64,000 bases of DNA from an uncultured Verrucomicrobiae bacterium (GTDB taxonomy: Bacteria; Verrucomicrobiota; Verrucomicrobiia; Limisphaerales; Palsa-1400), in the NCBI GenBank assembly GCA_963707025.1, contig CAVPOM010000014.1, forward strand, positions 64,001 through 128,000, given 5' to 3'. Position 1 is the stretch's first letter. Each line of letters opens with the position of its first letter. Made by a program: the position numbers and the translations under genes. The notes under the pieces were generated by a model. The model searched no databases, was not told the DNA's origin, and saw nothing but the letters and a program-made list of their open reading frames with translations. Of the stretch, positions 51,540 through 61,100 are shown one piece after another.

Positions 51540-52576
51540 CGCAGCTTCAGGCTTTGGTGCGAGCCGCGGGCGGTGTGCTTCGAGGATGCTGGGTGCTGCC
51601 GGTGACGTCCTGCTCCTCGGCGGCCGGCGGGACCGGTCTGGCCGAACAGTTCGCGGATGAATTTGCCGAGCGTCTCGTTGGTCGGGCCGTAGCCGCGGTG
51701 ATAGATGTAATACTCCAGGTCGTAGAGCAACTCATCGGCGGTGGCGTAACGGCTGGACAGGTCGCGCGCCAGGCAGTGCGATGCAGGATTTCGTTGAGCG
51801 CGGTCGTCAATGCGCGGATCGAGCGTGCGGAAATCGGGAATCGGCATGGTTCATGATGCGCTGGCGCGATTCCTCGGCGTTGGCGCCTTTGAAGATATTG
51901 TCGCCCGAGCAGCAAATGCGCCAGCACCACGCCGGCGGAAAACAGGTCGGAGCGCTTGTCGGTGATTTGGAAATCGGCCTGCTCCGGGCTCATGTAATCG
52001 GCCTTGCCCGCCACCACTTCGCCTTCCTGGTCGGTCAGAAAGCCGCGCGCCTTGGCGATGCCGAAGTCGGTCAGCTTCACGTCGCCTTCAAAGGCGATCA
52101 TGATGTTTTTGAAACTCACGTCGCGGTGGACAATGCCCAGCGGCTTGCCGTCCTTGTCGGTTTTGGCGTGCGCGTAGGCCAGCCCGCGCGCGACGCGGCT
52201 GGTGATGAACACGGCCAGTTCCTTCGGCAGCGACGCGTTTTTTATCAGCCAGTTGCTGGGTGAATTGCTCCAGGTTCACGCCGCGGATCAATTCCATGCA
52301 GATGAAATAGACGCCGTTGGTCCTCGCCCAGATGGTAGGTCTGGACGATGTTCGTGTGGATCAGGTCGGCGACCAGCTTGGCCTCGCCGATGAAGTTCTC
52401 GATGAACATGCTTCTGGCTGGCGTAATTCTGGCCGGATGACCTTGATGGCCACGCGCTTGACGAAGTCGCGCGCGCCGTGCTGCTCGGCTTCATAAACCA
52501 TGCCCATGCCGCCTTCGAAAATCTTGCGGACAATCTCGTAGCGGAACTCGCTTTGGATGGTGAAGAGCGCTGCCAC
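51536..52576 (-). CDS. Stand-alone Hanks-type Ser/Thr protein kinase; multiple apparent frameshifts
   Basis: Motifs spread over frames: '[10 protein letters not shown]', 'VAIKVI', 'HTNIVQTY', 'MELIRG', 'HRDVSFKN', 'DFGIAK', '[10 protein letters not shown]', 'SDLFSAG' and 'RYATADE'. Confidence 0.85.
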
Positions 52577-52737
52577 GAGGGGATGTTGGGAAATTGCCCG
52601 CTCATGTCAAGCTCTGGCCTGATTTATTATTTTTCTCCTTGCACCCCCGCGGCAAACCGATTTAATAAGACCGGACCAAGCTCCATGACGACGATTCATG
52701 CCGGATCATCGCCTGAGCAACTAACCGAGCACGCACT

Positions 52738-53025
52738 ATGTCAAGAAGACTCTCCAAAGCGCAGCTTGCCGCCGCCATTGCCGCCCAGAGCGGCCTGACC
52801 AAAAAAGCCAGCGTGGAACTGCTGGATCACCTGGCCGCCCTGGCCTACAAACATGCCAAGGACACCTTCACCATCCCGGGCATCGGCAAACTGGTGGTGG
52901 GCTATCGCAAGGCCCGCAAAGGCCACAACCCCAAAACGCTCGCCCCCTTGGATATTCCGGCCAAAAAAGTGCTCAAATTCCGCATCGCCCAGGCCGCCAA
53001 AGATGCCATCCTCGGCCCCCAATAA
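52738..53025 (+). CDS. HU-family DNA-binding protein
   Basis: 'SKAQL', 'FTIPGIGKL' and 'RKARKGHNPKT..IPAKKVLKFR'. Confidence 0.92.
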   Translation: MSRRLSKAQLAAAIAAQSGLTKKASVELLDHLAALAYKHAKDTFTIPGIGKLVVGYRKARKGHNPKTLAPLDIPAKKVLKFRIAQAAKDAILGPQ

Positions 53026-53115
53026 TTTGCCCATCTCCCCAAAGGCGCTCCGCGGTCCGGTCAGGGCGCCCGTTTCATCCCCGGGCCAGGCGGCCGCGCT
53101 CGCGCGTTTCCCCGG

Positions 53116-54075
53116 ATGAAAATTGCCATCCTCGGCTGCGGCGCCTTGGGCAGCTACTATGGCGCCCGCCTTTGCCGGGCCGGCCAGGAGGTTCATTTTC
53201 TCCTCCGTTCTGATTACGAGGCGGTCCGCCGCGACGGCGTCCACATTCAAAGTGTGGAGGGCGATTTCCATGTCCGCCCCAAGTGCGCCCGGCATCCCGC
53301 TGACATCGGCCCCGCCGGCCTGGTCCTCATCGGGCTTAAAACCACGGCCAACGGCGCCTTGCCGGAACTTCTCCCGCCGCTGGTCGGACCCGCCACGGCC
53401 GTTCTGACCCTGCAAAACGGCCTGGGCAACGAGGCCCTCATCGCGTCCCTGGCCGGCCCGGAAAAGACCTTGGGCGGCCTTTGCTTTGTCTGTCTAAACC
53501 GGCTGGCCCCGGGAAAGATCCGCCATATCGCCCACGGCAACGTCGTGGTGGGCGAATTTGCGCGCCCATCCCAGCCGCGCACCCGGCAAATCGCCGGTCT
53601 TTTCGCTCAATCCGGGGTGCCTTGCGCCGTCAGCGAAAACCTCGAACAGTCCCACTGGGAAAAACTGGTTTGGAACATCCCTTTTAACGGGCTGGGCGTG
53701 GCCGGTTGCGCGGGGGTGGAGGCGGTGTGGCGCGGCCGGCTTGATCCCGCACTCGAGCGCGGGCCTTGCCTGACCACCGACCGGCTGCTGGCCGATGCGC
53801 GCTGGGCGCAACTGGTGGGCGAACTGATGATGGAAACCATCCGCACCGCCCAGTCCCTGGGTCTGGCCGTGGCTGACAGCGAAGCGGACCGCAATATTGA
53901 GCGGACGCTGAAGATGGGAGCTTACAAGGCCTCCACCCTGCTGGATTTCGAGCGCGGCCAGGAACTGGAATTGGAAGCCCTTTTTCTGGCGCCCCTGCGC
54001 GCCGCCCGGCAGGCCGGCGTCGCCACCCCGCGTCTCTCCGCCCTCTGCGCCCTCCTCCAGCAATTGGCGCGTTGA
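53116..54075 (+). CDS. panE: 2-dehydropantoate 2-reductase
   Basis: 'ILGCGALGSYYG', 'LQNGLG', 'WEKLVWNIPFN' and 'STLLDF..ELE'. Confidence 0.88.
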   Translation: MKIAILGCGALGSYYGARLCRAGQEVHFLLRSDYEAVRRDGVHIQSVEGDFHVRPKCARHPADIGPAGLVLIGLKTTANGALPELLPPLVGPATAVLTLQNGLGNEALIASLAGPEKTLGGLCFVCLNRLAPGKIRHIAHGNVVVGEFARPSQPRTRQIAGLFAQSGVPCAVSENLEQSHWEKLVWNIPFNGLGVAGCAGVEAVWRGRLDPALERGPCLTTDRLLADARWAQLVGELMMETIRTAQSLGLAVADSEADRNIERTLKMGAYKASTLLDFERGQELELEALFLAPLRAARQAGVATPRLSALCALLQQLAR

Positions 54076-54085
54076 CAATCATCGT

Positions 54086-54114
54086 TTGCCAATCGCCCCG
54101 TTTGCGGCTATATT
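54086..54114 (+). promoter_or_regulatory. Putative sigma70 promoter of folE2
   Basis: TTGCCA-17 bp-TATATT. Confidence 0.55.
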
Positions 54115-54129
54115 TTCCACCGCATTGTT

Positions 54130-54949
54130 ATGGGCACCATGAGTTTGTCACCACCAACACCCGGGCTGAAGCGCGAAGCCATGACGGATAAACAGAGCGA
54201 GCGCGACCATCGCCAGTTGCGCATTGACAAGGTGGGCGTGCGCGGCTTGCGCTTCCCCATCCAAATCCGGGACAAGGAGCGGACCCTGCAGAACACCATC
54301 GCCACCATCGGCATGTACGTGGATCTGCCGCACGAATTCAAAGGCACCCACATGAGCCGCTTCATCGAGGTGCTCAACTCCCACGGCAACGTGGTGCATG
54401 TGGAGAATATCACCGATATTCTCCGGGCCATGCAGGCCCGGCTCAAGTCCGCCGCCGCCCACCTGGAAATGGAGTTCCCCTTTTTCCTCGTCAAAAAAGC
54501 GCCGGTTTCGGGGATGGAAAGCGTGATGGATTACACCGCGCGCTTCGACGCCACGGCGTTTGGCCGGGAAATTGATTTCGTGCTGACGGTGCGGGTGGGC
54601 GTGACCACCCTGTGCCCCTGTTCCAAGGCCATCAGCCGGCATGGGGCGCACAACCAGCGGGGCTTGGTCACCGTCCAGGTGCGTTCCCGGCGCGCCATTT
54701 GGATTGAAGATTTGATCGCGCTGGTGGAAAGCTCGGCCAGTTCGGAGTTGTATTCCCTGCTCAAACGGCAGGACGAAAAGGCGGTGACGGAATGGGCCTA
54801 CGAACATCCGGTATTCGTGGAGGATCTTGGTGCGCAATGTTGCCCTGCAGCTCAACGCCCATCCCGACGTGACCTGGTACAAGGCCGAAGCGGAGAATTT
54901 CGAGAGCATCCACAACCATAACGCCTACGCCTGCATCGAAAAAGGATAG
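54130..54949 (+). CDS. folE2: GTP cyclohydrolase IB; frameshift near 54827
   Basis: 'IDKVGV', 'KGTHMSRF', 'TLCPCSK', 'AHNQR', 'LKRQDEK' and 'FVEDL'. Removing one T restores 'VRNVA...[13 protein letters not shown]'. Confidence 0.93.
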
Positions 54950-55129
54950 GGTCGAAAAACGTCTTTTGGCCGGCGGGCGTCCCGCCGATATTTTTCTTGA
55001 GAAAAGTGTGGCGTTTTTCACCCCCTTTGCTACAGTCCCCCGCCCGCTCCAGGCGGAGGCGCCGGCCGCAAGGCTTCCCCGCCGGGCCAGGGCGATGGCT
55101 TGGATCGTGTGACGAGAAATAAACAGACA

Positions 55130-55702
55130 ATGAAGAAAATGCAAAAGCCGGCCAGGGCCAAAAAGAGCCTGACCTCGGCCACCGCCGCTTCCATTTTGGG
55201 CATGGGCAGCGCCCGGCCAAAAGACAAAAGCCCCAGGCCGGTCAAGGTCAAGGCGGAATGGGCCAAGTACCACCAGCATCTGCTGGAGCTGCGGGAACGG
55301 CTGCAGGCGCAAATGAGCGGCCTGGCCAAGGAATCCGCCGAGGAGATGACCAATTACAGCCTGCACATGGCCGATTCGGGCACGGATAATTTTGACCGCG
55401 ATTTTGCCTTGAGCCTGCTCTCCTCCGACCAGGACGCGATTTACGAGATTGAAGAGGCCCTCAAGCGCATCGAGAAAAACACCTATGGCATCTGCGAATT
55501 GAGCGGCAAAGCCATTCCCCGGACCCGGCTGGATGCCATCCCCTGGACCCGTTTCACCGTCGAGGCCCAAAGCCAGCTCGAACGGGACGGCGCCCTGCGC
55601 CAGCGGCGCCTGGGCCAACTGGGCACGGTGGACACCACCGGTGGCGGGGATGTGGAGGAAGAGGAAGAGGCCGAGGAAAAACCCGTCAAAGACAAGGAAT
55701 AG
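55130..55702 (+). CDS. DksA/TraR-family protein with a degenerate (one-Cys) zinc finger
   Basis: '[12 protein letters not shown]' and '[34 protein letters not shown]'. Confidence 0.88.
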   Translation: MKKMQKPARAKKSLTSATAASILGMGSARPKDKSPRPVKVKAEWAKYHQHLLELRERLQAQMSGLAKESAEEMTNYSLHMADSGTDNFDRDFALSLLSSDQDAIYEIEEALKRIEKNTYGICELSGKAIPRTRLDAIPWTRFTVEAQSQLERDGALRQRRLGQLGTVDTTGGGDVEEEEEAEEKPVKDKE

Positions 55703-55703
55703 C

Positions 55704-55871
55704 ATGCCCCGCGAAATCATCACCATCGAATGCACCGAAGCGCGCAAGGAAGGCAAATCCCCTTCCCGCTACACCACCACCCGCAACAAAAAACTCAAGA
55801 CCGAGAAATTGGAAATCAAAAAATACAATCCGGCCCTGCGCCGCCACACCGTCCATCGCGAAGTCAAATAA
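55704..55871 (+). CDS. rpmG: 50S ribosomal protein L33
   Basis: '[41 protein letters not shown]'. Confidence 0.96.
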   Translation: MPREIITIECTEARKEGKSPSRYTTTRNKKLKTEKLEIKKYNPALRRHTVHREVK

Positions 55872-55874
55872 CCT

Positions 55875-56141
55875 ATGCCACGCAAGACCCATACCGACAA
55901 GCCCGGCGCCCGCGGCAGCCGGGGCAAATCCACTTCCCTGGAGGTCCGCACTCCCCGGCCCAAACCCAAAATTGATTTCACGGTGGACGCGCTGGACTAC
56001 AAGAATGTCGCCCTGCTCAAGCAATTTGTCACCGACCAGGGCCGCATTCTCCCCCGCAAGTACACCGGCCTGCCCGCCCACTATCAGCGCCAGCTCAACC
56101 GCTCCATCAAGCGGGCCCGCCAGATGTTGCTGATGAAGTAA
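55875..56141 (+). CDS. rpsR: 30S ribosomal protein S18
   Basis: '[38 protein letters not shown]'. Confidence 0.96.
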   Translation: MPRKTHTDKPGARGSRGKSTSLEVRTPRPKPKIDFTVDALDYKNVALLKQFVTDQGRILPRKYTGLPAHYQRQLNRSIKRARQMLLMK

Positions 56142-57542
56142 ATGAGACGCATTGGCATCCTGACCGCCGGAGGCGACACGCCCGCGCTCAACGCCACCAT
56201 TCACGGGGCCGTCATGCGCGCCAACCAGCTCCGGCTGGAAATCACCGGCATCATCAAAGGCTTCAACGGCCTGTTCAATCCGCGCGTCCCGCATGTCCAG
56301 CTCAATCCCCTCTTCCAGGGCATTCCGGAACTGGACCCGACCAAAGGCGGCACCCTGATCGGATCGTCGCGCGATTATGTGGATCCGGACAACAAGGAGC
56401 AGTTGGACGAGGTGGCGCTGCGCTTGCAGAAGCTTGGGGTGGAGGGGCTGATTTGCGTGGGGGGCGATGGCACGCTCAACGGCCTGCAGCCGCTCTGCGA
56501 CCGCCTGCCCGTGGTGCTGGCGCCCAAGACCATTGACAACGACCTGGGCCTGAATTACGCCAGCGAGCCGGAGGAGTGGGTGCGCAGCGCCGATCCGGCC
56601 CACCCAGGCAAATTCCACTACAAACGGATTGAAGCCAACGTCGCCTTCCATCCCGATCACATCATCAACTACGTCACGCCCGGCTACGCCACCGCCGTCT
56701 TCGTCTCCGCCACCGGCGTGCATCGTCTGCGCACCACGGCGGAAAGCCACCGGCGCATTGCCATCATCGAGGTGATGGGGCGCCATGCCGGCTTCCTCGC
56801 GCTGGGCACGGCCTACGGATGCCCGGACATCATTCTCATCCCCGAACATCCGCTGGACCTGGAACGGCTGGTGGAGCGTGTCAAGCAGACTTATGATTTA
56901 CAGAAAAACGTCGTCATCGTCTGCGGCGAAGGGATCGTGGATGAACAGGGCAAGGAACTGGCCGCGGAAACCAACACCACCGATCCGGCCGGCAACCTGG
57001 TCCTGAGCGGCGCGGCCGAGGCCCTCCGGGCCAAATTGATCCAGATGATGGGCGACCACTATTTTCAGCATTATCGCCGGGGCGGCTCGGCCAGCGAGGC
57101 CATCTTCATCCGCAAAGTCGGCCACACGCAGCGCGGCGGGCGGCCCATCCTGTTTGACCGTTTTTATGCCGCGGAATTGGGCGCCAAAACGGTGGACATG
57201 CTGCTGGAAGGACAGAACAACGGCGTGGCCATCCTCCAGTATGATGCCGGCCGAGGTTTCCATGTGGAAAGTTACGATGGCAACCGTTTCCGCGACCGCT
57301 GGGGTCGCATCCATCCGCGGCAAATGCCCCCGGAGTTTTACGACGCCAGGCTGATGAAGCCCTCGCACGTTGGCATCAATTACCTGCTGCCCATTTTCAA
57401 CAATGCCATCGGCAATGATGACATGGAGCACACGCGCCAGACGCTCTTTGCGCCCGGCAACCTCGTCCAGCCCTATCATTCCATCAACACGGACATTGAC
57501 AAGCGCATCCGCTATATTATCCCGGAAGCCAGCGCCCCGTGA
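56142..57542 (+). CDS. pfkA: 6-phosphofructokinase (PfkA superfamily)
   Basis: 'LTAGGDTPALN', 'GGDGT', 'PKTIDND', 'EVMGR', 'LIPE' and 'GHTQRGG'. Confidence 0.88.
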   Translation: MRRIGILTAGGDTPALNATIHGAVMRANQLRLEITGIIKGFNGLFNPRVPHVQLNPLFQGIPELDPTKGGTLIGSSRDYVDPDNKEQLDEVALRLQKLGVEGLICVGGDGTLNGLQPLCDRLPVVLAPKTIDNDLGLNYASEPEEWVRSADPAHPGKFHYKRIEANVAFHPDHIINYVTPGYATAVFVSATGVHRLRTTAESHRRIAIIEVMGRHAGFLALGTAYGCPDIILIPEHPLDLERLVERVKQTYDLQKNVVIVCGEGIVDEQGKELAAETNTTDPAGNLVLSGAAEALRAKLIQMMGDHYFQHYRRGGSASEAIFIRKVGHTQRGGRPILFDRFYAAELGAKTVDMLLEGQNNGVAILQYDAGRGFHVESYDGNRFRDRWGRIHPRQMPPEFYDARLMKPSHVGINYLLPIFNNAIGNDDMEHTRQTLFAPGNLVQPYHSINTDIDKRIRYIIPEASAP

Positions 57543-58110
57543 TTTTCAGCAACTGGGCGGCGTGCATCTCCAGCGTGGTGCCGGTCCACACCACAAAATC
57601 GGCATGCGCGATTTTTTTATCAACCGGCCACTGGGCTTCGATGCGCTGCCTGCTTTGAACGGCATCCCAGCCGCGCGCGCGCAAACGCCGGGCCTGCGCG
57701 GCGGCCGAACAGGCCACGCAGATGGTCGCATCCAATTGCTCCTCCGCCTTGGTTTCAAACAGCAAGGGAATGATCACGGCCCCGCAGGGGCGCCCGCTTT
57801 TGCGCCAGGTGTCCGCTTCGGCCTTCCATAAAGCCCGGATGCGGGGATGGAGGATGGCTTCCAAAGCGGCGCGGGCGGTGGGATTGGCGAAGATCTGCCG
57901 GGCCAGTTCTTTCCGGTCCAGGCGTCCGTCTGCAAGCAAGACCGCGGGGCCGAATCTTTCCCGAATTTCCGCCAGCGCCGGTTGCCCGGGCTCCACGATT
58001 TGCCGGGCGGTGTCATCGGTGTCAACGACCGCCACGCCCTGTTGCCGGAGCAGACGGCCGGCGGTGGATTTGCCCATGGCGATGCCGCCGGTAATGCCAA
58101 AAAGCTTCAT
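57517..58110 (-). CDS. coaE: Dephospho-CoA kinase
   Basis: 'GITGGIAMGKST', 'LDRKEL', 'LEAILHP' and 'IPLLFE'. Confidence 0.95.
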   Translation of the reverse strand: MKLFGITGGIAMGKSTAGRLLRQQGVAVVDTDDTARQIVEPGQPALAEIRERFGPAVLLADGRLDRKELARQIFANPTARAALEAILHPRIRALWKAEADTWRKSGRPCGAVIIPLLFETKAEEQLDATICVACSAAAQARRLRARGWDAVQSRQRIEAQWPVDKKIAHADFVVWTGTTLEMHAAQLLKITGRWLPG

Positions 58111-58119
58111 CAGGAAGCG

Positions 58120-61100
58120 TTACTGCGGCAAATGCAGGGCGCGATAGAACCGCTCCTGGCCGTTGGTCACGCTGTTGGTCAGAATGAGCAGGCCGGTGGC
58201 GCTGGCGGTGTTGGTGGAAAGGCTGGTCCAGGAGATGAGATCGGTGGAAACCTGGACGATGTAATTCTGCTCAGGATAGCCTAAAAGGGTCAGTCTCAGG
58301 TTGTTGGTCAGGTAGGCGGCCTGCAGGACGGGCACGGACGTCAGGACGATGACGGTGTTGGAAACCGAGGCGGCTGACCCGGCGGCGTTGGTGACGACGG
58401 CGGAATTGAAGACCGAGCCGGGCTGGAGCGGCTGCACCTGGAGGGTGGCGGTGGCCGTGGCGCCGGCATTCGTGAGGTCGCCGAGGCTGAAGGTGACGAA
58501 GCCCGGAACATTAGTATTGACCGTTCCCTGGGAAGACGCGGCGGCAATCAGGCCGGCGGCGGCGGGAAGCGTGTCCGTCAACAACACGTTGCTCGCGCCG
58601 GACGGGCCGAGGTTGGTCACGGTGATCTGGTAGGTGAGGTAATTGCCGGCATAAACCGGGTCCGGGGCGGGGGTCATGCTCACCGCCAGGCTGAGGGGAG
58701 GGTTGATGGGGTTGACCATGGTCAGGCCCAGCGTCCAGCCGTTGGCGATGCTGCCATCGTTTCCCGGCCTGTCGTCATAAACATAAAGCGACCACAGCCC
58801 GCTGGGATTGCCGCCATTGAATATGCTCAGATTGGTGTTGGACGGCTGGCCGGAAATGCCGGGGAAGTAATCCAGCGGCGGGATCTGGCCGGGATGGTTG
58901 GTGCCCGAAACCAGGATGCTGTCGGTCAATGTATTGGTGGCGGCGTCATCAAAGCCCAGCACGATATTGGTCACACTGGACGGGCCCCCGCATGTGCCAT
59001 CAGCACCGTTTGCTGGCCCGAGGGGCTGGCCAGCAGCACATTGACATCATGCGGGAAACTATGGGTGAAACCCTGCAACGTGACCGTGACCCGGCCGATG
59101 ACCCCGTTGGTCGTGGCCACGGCAATCACCGCGGGATAAGGCGTGCCGGGGCCTGAATCCGGGATGATGATCAGGGCGTTGTTGGCGAAGCTCAATGGCG
59201 TGGCAACCGTAAATGGGAAGGTAACCGTTCCCAGGGAATAGGCATTGTCCATGAGCGAAAGTGCCGCCGTAATGGTTGAGCCAGGCGCGCCCCGGCCGGT
59301 CAAGGTGAAGCTTTGCGCCGCCGACCCTCCCGGGCCGATGACTCCGTAGTTTTGACTGGTGGTGACGGGTATCACTCCATTGCCCGACAGCAGCACCGCC
59401 GTCAGGTTGGTGGTGGCAGCCGCGCCGGTGTTTTCCAGGGTGAAGGCGACCGTGACGGTTTCGTTGGAAGCAATGGCGCCGGTGGGTGGGCTGGCGCTTT
59501 CCGCCAGCAGTCTGGCCCCATTGGCGACGATGACCGGCTCGGGATAGGTGACGGCCAGGACCAGCGTGGCGGCGTTGTTGGCCAGGTTGGTGTCCGCGGA
59601 GCCGGTGGACACCGTCCAGGTATTCGTGAGCGAGCCGGGCGCCGCGGGGGCGTTGGTGAACAGCGCCGTGGCAATGAAGCCGGGGGCAATCATGCCGAAA
59701 TTGTTGGAGAAAACGACGCCGCTCGAGCCGGCGACGCCCTGGGTGAGCAAGCCGACGACATTGAGCGCCAGATCGGGACCGTTGTTGGTGACGGTGAGGG
59801 TGTAAACCACGTTGCTCCCCACGACCACCGGGTTGGCGCCGGCGCTTGAGGAAACGGCGGCGGAAACATCCGACGTGGGCAAGACCACCATGACCGCGGC
59901 GACGGCCACGTTATTGTTCGTGTTCGGATCAATGAGCGAGGAACCGATGCTCGCCGTGCTGGCCTGGAGACCGGTGCCCGTGGCATTGGCCACAAAGCCC
60001 AAAGTCAGGTTGCTTTGGCCGGCCAGGGCGCCCAGATTGTAATACTGCGCCTGGCCAATTTGCTGATAGGGCGTGTATGCCGGGATGGTGTTGGAAACGA
60101 AGCTCATGCCCGCCCCAAGCACATTCGTCAAGAATACGCTGGCCGTATTGGTGCCCAAATTGGTGACCGTTATGGTGTAGGCCACCTGGTCCCCCAGCAT
60201 GGCCTGATTGGTGGAAGCGGTGATGGCCACCCCCAGGTCGGTAATCTGGTTAACCGGGGTGATGGTGGTGATGCCCAGTCCCCAGCCATTGGAGATGGCT
60301 CCGTAATCACCCGTGTGGCCGTCATAGGCGTATAAATACCACCATCCATTGGCCGCTGTGCCCGTGAAAACGGACAAATTGGTGTTATACGGAGGAGCTA
60401 TGCCGGGCACGTTGGTGAAAACCGGCGCATTGTATTCCGAGGGTTGATAACTTCCGCTGACCAGCGATCCAACGGCCGGCGCGGGGGTGGATGCGTTGTC
60501 GTCAAAGGTAATGGTGACGGGAATGGCGGCCGAGGAAGAATTGGCGGCCGCGGACATCAAAACCGAGCTTTGCCCGCCCGGCCCGACCAACAACAAGCTG
60601 ATATCATGCGGAAAAGTGTGCTCCAGGTTCGACACCGTGACGGTCACACCCGAGACAAAGGTGGTGATGCCGGAAACCCGGTTGCTGGAGGGATACGGAC
60701 CAGCCGGGCCGCTGGCCTCGTTGGTGGCCACGAAATTGGTGCCGGGAATGAAGATGACCTCGTTCTTCCAAAAAGTCGAAACCACGGGCATGACAAAGGT
60801 GAAGCTGACCGTGCCGAGGTTGGTCGGGCCGTCCTGCAATTGGAGCGAGGCCACGATGGTGCCGCCGTTGGTCGAGTTGTTGCTGAACATGAACTGGCCG
60901 GACGCAGTGCCGCCACCCGGGGCCAGCGCGCCATAAGTGGCCTGACCCTGGCCGGCGACCGGAAAGACCCCGCCGTTGGTTTGCAAGGTGGCCACCAGGT
61001 TGGTGGTCGGGATGTTGCCGATGTTCTCCAACAGAAATTCCACTCCCACCGTTTCACCCGGATTGACCGCGCCATTGGGCGGCGCAATGCCCTCCGAGGT

